Below, piece after piece: positions 19,051-26,265 of a stretch of DNA of 64,000 nucleotides; positions within the stretch are counted from its first letter, which is position 1, and each line of letters starts with the position of its first letter. This stretch comes from Gammaproteobacteria bacterium. Lineage in GTDB: Bacteria; Pseudomonadota; Gammaproteobacteria; Arenicellales; UBA868. A program made the translations under genes and the position numbers. The stretch covers positions 23,648 through 87,647 of the forward strand of contig JAKUQS010000006.1 in NCBI GenBank assembly GCA_022451485.1, read 5' to 3'. The notes beneath the pieces were generated by a model. The model was not told the DNA's origin. It saw nothing but the letters and a program-made list of their open reading frames with translations, and did no database searches.

Positions 19051-21423
19051 ATGAGCAAGGATTCCCGAAAAATAACGGACTGGTTTGACAGTGAATTACA
19101 GCGTGCTAAAGATGAGTTCTCTCAACTGAACAAGCACGCAACCCCACAACGAATAGACTCTTCGACGCCGAAGCGCGAGACCAATACTGAGAGAGCAAAT
19201 ACAGCCTCCAGCGAGATTCGTACAACACCTGACCATAAAACGGAACCAGTTGCTCGACAACAAGAAACACCGCCACGATCCTCTCCGAACATCGCGGCCC
19301 AGTCAAAACAAAAACCCAGACCAACCCACCAAGAAAATACAACACGTCCCGTTTCGACAGGAACTGCATCTTATCGCTTGGGCGTTGATGTGGGAGGAAC
19401 CTTTACTGATGTTTTATTAATTGATGAAACCAGCGGTGATTTTTTTACCGCTAAAGTAGCATCAACACCGCAAGACTCATCCATTGGCGTACTGGAAGGT
19501 ATTGAACGTGTTTGTCATTCGGCAAATGTTGCTCCGTCCGATATCAGTCATGTAATGCATGGAACAACAGTCGCCACCAACACAGTCCTAACGGCATCTG
19601 GAGCAAAGGTCGGGCTTGTTACTACCAAAGGATATCAACAGGTTCTTCAAATCGCTCGCTCCTATGTTCCGGGGGGGTTGGGCGGTTGGGTGATTTTCAA
19701 CAAAAGCGACCCGCTCTCTCCACTTGAACTCACTATCGAAGCGATCGAACGCATCGACGCGAAGGGCAACATTGTTACCCCGCTTGATGAGGATGCATTG
19801 CAAAACTCTCTGAAATCCCTAGCAAACGAAGGCATTGAAGCGTTAACTGTTTCGTTAATGAATGCGTATGCCAGTGGCATTCATGAGCAACGAGTACGTG
19901 CCATCGCTGAAAGAATAATACCGAACATTCCTGTGTCCATTTCTTCTGAAGTCGTACCCGAAATGTATGAGTACGAACGAACTGAAACAACCGTGGTGAA
20001 TTCGTATATTCGACCCGTAGTCTCCAACTATCTAGAGAGTTTAGAGGGCGAGTTGAATCGCCGAATGAATCAGGTTCAGTTACACATATTACGTTCCGAC
20101 GGTGGTTTGGCCTCAGCTGAGGCTGCTAAAGCGACACCCGTTAATTTATTAATGAGTGGTCCAGCCGGTGGCGTATCGGGTGCAATATGGATTGCAAAAC
20201 AGGCCGGATTTACTGACCTCTTGACTTTTGATATGGGGGGAACCTCGACAGACGTTGCCCTAATTCAGAACGGTGTCCCCCAGACCCGCCGAGAAACTCG
20301 TGTAGCCGATGTGACAGTACGCTCATCCTCGGTTGACGTGCGAACGGTCGGGGCCGGAGGCGGCTCCATCGCTTATGTTCCGGAATTGACCAAAGCTTTG
20401 CGGGTCGGTCCGCAAAGTGCCGGGGCAGAACCTGGTCCGGCGGCCTACGGTAAAGGCGGTATAGAGCCAACGGTCACTGACGCCAACGTTGTACTGGGCT
20501 ATCTCCCAGCGGATGCGAGACTGGGCGGAGAATTGGCGATTGACCGAAAAGAGGCCGAACAAGCAGTGAATAAAGTAGCCAAAGCGATGGATTTATCACT
20601 AAAAGAGGCTGCAGAAGGGATTATCAATATCGTTAACGAAAATATGTTTGGGGCGCTGCGACTGGTCTCCGTTGAACAAGGTTTTGATCCGAGAGACTTC
20701 GCTTTAGTGGGCTTCGGTGGAGCAGGTCCACTTCATGCTAACGCGCTCGGCAAGCTGATGAATTCGTGGCCAGTCATCATACCACCGGGTCCCGGTGTGC
20801 TGTGCGCTTACGGTGACGCCACTACCCGTGTTCGCGACGAAGCTTCCCGAACCTTTGTACGGCGATTTTCCGAGACTAACAACGATGAAGTGCTGTCTGC
20901 TCTCCGAGAGCTCGCGACGGCAGCGGCCCAGACTCTCTATGCCGAGGGAGTGCCTGAAAGTGAACAAACCACGTTGTACCAAATCGACCTCAGGTACGCT
21001 GGGCAAGGAATGCGACTAACGGTTGATGTCTCTCCGGAAGACTTCGAGAGAGACGGCCTAGACGGTCTAGGCCATCGCTTTGACAAGATGCACGAACAGT
21101 TGTTCACCTTCTCTCTCGACACGCAGCGAGAGCTTTACAACTTGCGTGCACTCGTTCAAGGACGGGAAAGTTCGGCAACAGCACTGCGTCTCCCCGAAGG
21201 TGGTGGCGATCCTCAGAGCGCCGGTTACGCTCAAACCACTGTCTTTGTCGAAGGGCGTGATCATGGGGCGATGATTTATGATCGATCGAAATTCAGACAT
21301 GGCGATCGCATCGAGGGTCCAGCAATCGTTACAGAAATGGACTCAACCACCCTGATCCTGCCAAACCATGCCGGTGAGGTAGATTCGGTAGGGAATATTT
21401 TAATTAATCCGATTAACGACTAG
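19051..21423 (+). CDS. hyuA: Hydantoinase/oxoprolinase A-type subunit with ~110-aa low-complexity N-terminal extension (pair 2)
   Basis: Core begins YRLGVDVGGTFTDVLLIDE, with VMHGTTVATNTVLTASGAKVGLVTTKG and DMGGTSTDVALI. Residues 1-110 are Pro/Thr/Gln/Lys-rich with no recognisable domain. No convincing alternative start with an RBS was found near the core. Confidence 0.75.
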   Translation: MSKDSRKITDWFDSELQRAKDEFSQLNKHATPQRIDSSTPKRETNTERANTASSEIRTTPDHKTEPVARQQETPPRSSPNIAAQSKQKPRPTHQENTTRPVSTGTASYRLGVDVGGTFTDVLLIDETSGDFFTAKVASTPQDSSIGVLEGIERVCHSANVAPSDISHVMHGTTVATNTVLTASGAKVGLVTTKGYQQVLQIARSYVPGGLGGWVIFNKSDPLSPLELTIEAIERIDAKGNIVTPLDEDALQNSLKSLANEGIEALTVSLMNAYASGIHEQRVRAIAERIIPNIPVSISSEVVPEMYEYERTETTVVNSYIRPVVSNYLESLEGELNRRMNQVQLHILRSDGGLASAEAAKATPVNLLMSGPAGGVSGAIWIAKQAGFTDLLTFDMGGTSTDVALIQNGVPQTRRETRVADVTVRSSSVDVRTVGAGGGSIAYVPELTKALRVGPQSAGAEPGPAAYGKGGIEPTVTDANVVLGYLPADARLGGELAIDRKEAEQAVNKVAKAMDLSLKEAAEGIINIVNENMFGALRLVSVEQGFDPRDFALVGFGGAGPLHANALGKLMNSWPVIIPPGPGVLCAYGDATTRVRDEASRTFVRRFSETNNDEVLSALRELATAAAQTLYAEGVPESEQTTLYQIDLRYAGQGMRLTVDVSPEDFERDGLDGLGHRFDKMHEQLFTFSLDTQRELYNLRALVQGRESSATALRLPEGGGDPQSAGYAQTTVFVEGRDHGAMIYDRSKFRHGDRIEGPAIVTEMDSTTLILPNHAGEVDSVGNILINPIND

Positions 21424-21441
21424 ATATCGCGACGCTTAAAC

Positions 21442-23334
21442 ATGCCAGCACAACTGATACAAAACAACACGAAACCGTTTCAGTCTGTCACTGTTGATCC
21501 CATTACGTTAGACATCATCGAAAATGCTTTACGTAATGCGCGGACAGAAATGGACGCAGTACTCTTTAGAACTGCCATGTCACCCGGTATACGCGAACAA
21601 CACGATGCCTTCCCAATGATTGCTAACCAGGAAGGGAAAATGGTCGTCGGTCAGTTCGGATCATTTTTCTGGGGGTTCCAGCAAGGTTACGACGGCACCA
21701 TCGAAGAAGGCGACATTTTCCTAACTAATGATCCGTACACCTGTAATGGTGCCATCAGCCATCTGAACGATTGGTTGATGATGATGCCTATTTATATTGA
21801 TGGACGGATAGTCGCGTGGGCTGCAATGTTCGGACACATGACCGACATCGGAGGAAAAGTTCCAGGCAGCCTACCGACCGACGCTGCGCAAATATTTGAA
21901 GAAGGCATTCAAATCCCACCGGTCAAAATCTATCGCAAGGGGGAACTCAACAAAGAAATACTGGAAATGATTCTTCGGAATTGTCGACTCCCAGAATGGA
22001 ATCGCTCAGATTTCAATGCGGTAGTAGCAGCGCTTCGACTGGCTGAACGACGTATCGTTGAAATGGTCGAACGCTTTGGAGTCGACCCGCTGATCTCCGC
22101 GATGCAGGAGATGCTAGATCGAAACAAACGGGCCATGGGCTCCATTCTTAACATGGTGATCCCGGAAACAAAGCAACACTTTGTTGACTATATCGATGAT
22201 GACGGGATGGGCATGGGCCCCTATAAAATCGAATGCACGATGTGGCGTGAAGGCGAAATCGTTATTTTTGATTTCGCTGGAACTGACCCGCAGTCCATCA
22301 GTTCAGTCAATTTCCTCTTAAACGAGGAGATGTTCAAAATGTTCCTGGGCGCATTTTTTATCAATCTTTTTGACCCACAGATACTGTTTAATGATGGCTT
22401 TTATGATCTTGTCGAAGTCAGAATTCCTCGTGGATCAATACTTAAACCCATCCGGCCTGCGGCATTAAGCTCACGGACCCATATGCTAGCCCGCATTTTT
22501 GACATTATGAGCGGTCTGCTCGGTCAAAGTTCACCAGACGCCTTGTGTGCTGCCGGTTTTTCTGACAGCCCGCACTTTATGTACTCGGGTTATGACAAAG
22601 AAGGTGAATGGTATCAGCTCTATCAGATTGGATTCGGCGGAGTCCCCGGACGGCCTGCCGGCGATGGCCCAGACGGCCATTCACTTTGGCCAGCCTTTAC
22701 CAACGTACCCAATGAGTTCCTAGAAGCATACTTCCCGTTACGCATTGTTCAATATCAAACCATTATTGATAGTGGCGGTGCCGGACTACATCGGGGGGGT
22801 AATGGTTTGTCCATGGGTTATCAATTTCTTGAACCCGGGGAAATCTCAATCCATGATGATCGTTGGCTTACCCACCCTTGGGGTGTTAATGGTGGGCGTC
22901 CAGGGAAACGCAGTACCAAACTGATGGTGCGCAACACGGGTGAATCGGAATGGATGTCGTCTAAATGCGATCGAGTTAAAGTGTCACCTGGCGATACCCT
23001 TTACTTCAACACTTGGGGTGGTGGTGGTTGGGGTGACCCGCTTGAACGTGATCCTGCAACAGTCGCATTAGATGTCCGAAGGCGATTAGTTTCTCCCGAA
23101 GGCGCAAAACGCTATGGCGTTGTTATCACCGACGACAATAAAGTTAATGACAATGCTACCGCTGAGTTACGTCGCCAACTTTCATCGTCACGAGGGAAGG
23201 TTGAGTTATTTGACTTTGGTGGCAGCGTAGAGGAATTGAAGGCCAGGTGTCTGTCAGATACTCATCTGCAGCCACCTACGACGCCAGTCTTTCAAAAATG
23301 GATGACCTTATCGGCCAGCGACAGTAAAACCTAG
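21442..23334 (+). CDS. hyuB: Hydantoinase B/oxoprolinase family subunit (pair 2)
   Basis: DPITLDIIENALRNARTEMDAVLFRTAMSPGIRE plus the NDPYTCNGAISHLNDW variant motif. Starts 18 nt after the hyuA stop. Confidence 0.8.
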   Translation: MPAQLIQNNTKPFQSVTVDPITLDIIENALRNARTEMDAVLFRTAMSPGIREQHDAFPMIANQEGKMVVGQFGSFFWGFQQGYDGTIEEGDIFLTNDPYTCNGAISHLNDWLMMMPIYIDGRIVAWAAMFGHMTDIGGKVPGSLPTDAAQIFEEGIQIPPVKIYRKGELNKEILEMILRNCRLPEWNRSDFNAVVAALRLAERRIVEMVERFGVDPLISAMQEMLDRNKRAMGSILNMVIPETKQHFVDYIDDDGMGMGPYKIECTMWREGEIVIFDFAGTDPQSISSVNFLLNEEMFKMFLGAFFINLFDPQILFNDGFYDLVEVRIPRGSILKPIRPAALSSRTHMLARIFDIMSGLLGQSSPDALCAAGFSDSPHFMYSGYDKEGEWYQLYQIGFGGVPGRPAGDGPDGHSLWPAFTNVPNEFLEAYFPLRIVQYQTIIDSGGAGLHRGGNGLSMGYQFLEPGEISIHDDRWLTHPWGVNGGRPGKRSTKLMVRNTGESEWMSSKCDRVKVSPGDTLYFNTWGGGGWGDPLERDPATVALDVRRRLVSPEGAKRYGVVITDDNKVNDNATAELRRQLSSSRGKVELFDFGGSVEELKARCLSDTHLQPPTTPVFQKWMTLSASDSKT

Positions 23335-23350
23335 TCGTGACTGTACTAGG
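23330..23350. terminator. Weak hairpin (6-bp stem CCTAGT/ACTAGG, 9-nt loop) between convergent hyuB and peroxiredoxin genes
   Basis: cctagtcgtgactgtactagg lies in the 18-nt gap between two convergent stops. The short, AT-containing stem has no flanking T-run, so this is a low-confidence bidirectional terminator. Confidence 0.2.
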
Positions 23351-23352
23351 GC

Positions 23353-24330
23353 TCAGGCTTTCAACAAGCGAAGCATTGACGCGGCGTCACTCACGCGGAC
23401 ATCAAACCCTGCCTCAACGTTCATGTGGATGATGACTCCCCTTTCAACATACATGGCATAACGCCGGGAGCGCATACCGAGTCCGGACCCCCTCAAATCC
23501 AGTGTTAGGCCCATCCCTCTAGTAAAGCACCCACTCCCATCTGCCAACATTGAAAGCTTGTCCGAGATGTTAGTCGCCCGCGCCCACGCATCCATTACAT
23601 AGGCATCGTTCACGGCAATACATACGACATGATCGACGCCGGTGGCGCACATTTCCGCTGCTGCAGCTATATACCCTGGTAGGTGCTCGCGATTACATAT
23701 AGGTGTAAACGCACCGGGCACTCCGCAAACCACCACTCGTTTTTCTGCAAACCATTCGCCAGAACCGAACGTCAATGAAGTGCCGAATTGTATTTGTTGA
23801 AGCGGCGCATCTGGAACACAATCACCAATTAATCGCCTCGCAGAGAAATAACTTATCAACCCTTCCAGTGCACCCTCAAAGTCATCTGAATTGAACCACT
23901 TCACCAGATCTCCCGCCGGCCCTAGAATCCAAAACACCGCTGGACTTTCAACCGGATCGTGCCCCGAAATACCTCTGAACATTCGGGAAACTGAGTCGTC
24001 AGGATCGAACAACACCTCAATGACACTATCAAGGCGTTCCGACAACTCCTGATTAACTACGAACCCTGCTTGAATGATGACAACCACTCGCGCGTTTCGC
24101 GAACCCAATCGAGAAACAAGCCCTGCCAATTTGTTAACTCTTGCGAGATCCCGGCGTAATGCACCAAAGGTGATGCAACAGAAGACAACATGCTGGCCTG
24201 CAAAATCCTCTGATCGGACAGACAGACCATAATGATTCCGCAAGCAAAACGGTTTGATCTTTTTCACAACTTTGTCGCTACGCAAAACACGTGCATCCTG
24301 CGCACCGCTACTCAGAGGAGTTCGATGCAC
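23353..24330 (-). CDS. Prx5-type peroxiredoxin domain, C-terminal ~165 aa, preceded in-frame by a ~160-aa thioredoxin-fold-like region
   Basis: C-terminal VVCGVPGAFTPICNREHLPGY...VVCIAVNDAYVMDAWA matches the PRDX5/redoxin active-site region. The N-terminal half (GQHVVFCCITFGALRRD...) looks like a second degenerate AhpC/TSA-like domain. The true start is uncertain. Confidence 0.6.
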   Translation of the reverse strand: MHRTPLSSGAQDARVLRSDKVVKKIKPFCLRNHYGLSVRSEDFAGQHVVFCCITFGALRRDLARVNKLAGLVSRLGSRNARVVVIIQAGFVVNQELSERLDSVIEVLFDPDDSVSRMFRGISGHDPVESPAVFWILGPAGDLVKWFNSDDFEGALEGLISYFSARRLIGDCVPDAPLQQIQFGTSLTFGSGEWFAEKRVVVCGVPGAFTPICNREHLPGYIAAAAEMCATGVDHVVCIAVNDAYVMDAWARATNISDKLSMLADGSGCFTRGMGLTLDLRGSGLGMRSRRYAMYVERGVIIHMNVEAGFDVRVSDAASMLRLLKA

Positions 24331-24752
24331 CGTGTAAGCGCGTCCCGAACAGCCGCTTCACATGCCTCCCGTTCCACACTCATCTCTCCATCGTCGGCGA
24401 GGGCTGGCATGTTATTGGAACGTCGCATCAATGGGGCTCGACCAAACTGACTTTTTCGAATGCCAAAGGCAGGCAATTCCAAACGCACTAACACTAGTAT
24501 CTCGTCACCCTCAACGCGACGATCTCTAATTTCATGCCGCCACTTCTCCCCATAATGTTGTTCTAACCATTGAATGGGATCATCCAAGTGATCTCGGGTT
24601 TCTTCGGTTAGCCGAACTACCTTTACTTCGGCACCTTTACCATGGGGATCTGCGCGTGGAGACTCAATATTGACGCTCGCATAGAGACTTTCTAGCTGCT
24701 CTCGATTCGCATCCAGCAGTTCAGAGAAAGTATTTCCAGAATTTGAGCTCAT
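24312..24752 (-). CDS. Hypothetical protein whose C-terminal ~80 aa form a domain also found fused to two HyuB proteins in this window
   Basis: YGEKWRHEIRDRRVEGDEILVLVRLELPAFGIRKSQFGRA...EREACEAAVRDALTRCIELL aligns with residues ~60-135 of the HyuB at 28326 and with the last ~79 aa of the HyuB at 39554. Track ORF starts at TTG 24767 (overlapping the upstream hydrolase stop). ATG at 24752 is the alternative start. Confidence 0.5.
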   Translation of the reverse strand: MSSNSGNTFSELLDANREQLESLYASVNIESPRADPHGKGAEVKVVRLTEETRDHLDDPIQWLEQHYGEKWRHEIRDRRVEGDEILVLVRLELPAFGIRKSQFGRAPLMRRSNNMPALADDGEMSVEREACEAAVRDALTRCIELL

Positions 24753-24763
24753 GCGCGCTCTCT

Positions 24764-25486
24764 TCAAAAATCAACACGCGTTGGCAATGTTCCTTGCCAC
24801 CATTGCCGGAATTCGTTGTCAGCGCGGCCTTCCATTCCCCCAGCTACCACGAGTGCCTCGAGATGTTCTTGTATCTCCTGTTCAACCTTAACGTCACAGT
24901 ATTTCGAATCCATGTCAAAGAGATTGGCGTGATGGGGACCCTCGGCACGATCACCAACACCCTCTCGGCAAACAATAGTCCGAAAGCCGTATTGTAAGGA
25001 ATCAACTGCAGAGGCCCTCACACACCCACTAGTGGTCGCCCCGGTGATAATGACAGTATCGACACCCTGCCCATGAAAATAACGATCCAATTCGGTACCA
25101 AAAAATGCACTAGCGTACTTCTTAATGATGACCTCATCACCTTTTACGGGAGCAATTCTCGAATCAATTTCTACCCACTTAGAGCCTTTAACAAGCAATG
25201 ACAATGCCGGAATCTTCTCTATGAATATGCCCGCGTCATTAAAGTCTGGGGCATAAGCTACCGTTGTGTAGACCACCGGGAAACATCCTTTTCTGAATGC
25301 CGCCAGTAATCGAGCGGTAACGGCAACCTGATCATCAAAATTCCCGCCCAATGGTGATGTTGGATCGGTAAATCCGTTGCTGAAATCGACGATTAATAAT
25401 GCCGGTTTCTCTCCAAAGCCAGACCTACTGCCTAATCCTTTCTCTGCGTAGTCAGCACGGGTTGGTTCTTCCCAATCGTGTTTCAT
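24764..25486 (-). CDS. Isochorismatase-family cysteine hydrolase (paralog of 18349-18996)
   Basis: ALLIVDFSNGFTD and IITGATTSGCVRASAVDSLQYGFRTIV are closely parallel to the 18349 gene. ATG at 25486 (MKHDWEE) is preferred, which removes the overlap with the upstream membrane-protein gene. Confidence 0.65.
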   Translation of the reverse strand: MKHDWEEPTRADYAEKGLGSRSGFGEKPALLIVDFSNGFTDPTSPLGGNFDDQVAVTARLLAAFRKGCFPVVYTTVAYAPDFNDAGIFIEKIPALSLLVKGSKWVEIDSRIAPVKGDEVIIKKYASAFFGTELDRYFHGQGVDTVIITGATTSGCVRASAVDSLQYGFRTIVCREGVGDRAEGPHHANLFDMDSKYCDVKVEQEIQEHLEALVVAGGMEGRADNEFRQWWQGTLPTRVDF

Positions 25487-25512
25487 GGATAACCCAGTTA
25501 TTGAACAATGTC

Positions 25513-26058
25513 TTAACGACGTCCGACCACTCCGGGGGGCGTCCAACCGCGGCGCCAACCCACTCTGTAAGCCCGAACTACTCGGTGCAGCAAATAAAAC
25601 AAAATCGCCATTAACATCAAAACAAACACAGACAGCAAGCGACTCCCGAACACGGCACTGATGATCTGACCATCATTCATTAGGTGCTCGCTCAGCATTT
25701 CAACAGCCTGAATAGTCGCCCCGGCACACAAGATGACAGCAGCCAAAATGGCTATCTGCAGGGTATCGAAAACCAGTTCTTGCGCACTTGTTTCTGAAAA
25801 CTGGTCAAATATATTCTTTTTAAATGACTGCCGATGGGAGATTGCAAAACTAATGATCGCAACCACTGATGCAAACCAGAAGAGAATATTGGAAAAATGG
25901 ATTCTTGGGATATGCTCCATTAAATACTGCTCTACCGGTTGGTAAAACAGTAAAAAGAGAACAATAACGACAACAATACCCAATCCAATCCAGGATCCGG
26001 GCCGTTGCCACCGGTTTTGTAAGGATTCCATCGCTGATCCATACTCCAGAGGTTCCAC
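25513..26058 (-). CDS. Small integral membrane protein (about 4 TM), unknown function
   Basis: Hydrophobic segments IGLGIVVVIVLFLLF, FWFASVVAIISFAI, LQIAILAAVILCAGATIQAV and LLSVFVLMLMAILFYLL. GTG start with AAGAGG 6 nt upstream. It shares an A-x-L-x-AGA-x-x-QAV motif with the protein at 37903-38370. Confidence 0.5.
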   Translation of the reverse strand: MEPLEYGSAMESLQNRWQRPGSWIGLGIVVVIVLFLLFYQPVEQYLMEHIPRIHFSNILFWFASVVAIISFAISHRQSFKKNIFDQFSETSAQELVFDTLQIAILAAVILCAGATIQAVEMLSEHLMNDGQIISAVFGSRLLSVFVLMLMAILFYLLHRVVRAYRVGWRRGWTPPGVVGRR

Positions 26059-26265
26059 GTCGACCTCTTTATACCATCAACAGTCTCATTCGTGTCAGCT
26101 CTTGGCCAAACGAACCAGAAGAAAATATTCAGCTACTATTTTAAACGACTTCCCGCGCACCGCGATCTGTTGTAAATTCTTCAACTCTAATTCGACCCGC
26201 GCCGAACCGGTCAACCTAAGCCATTTGGTATTCCGCCAGATTCTTAAAAGGAGAAGTTTAAGCTG

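Noticed and set aside
19360-19395. Alternative TTG or GTG start near the HyuA core of pair 2 that would remove the 110-aa N-terminal extension
   Set aside because: The only RBS-like AGGAA is 15 nt upstream of the TTG, which is poor spacing. The long ATG-initiated ORF was kept and the uncertainty is noted in the findings.
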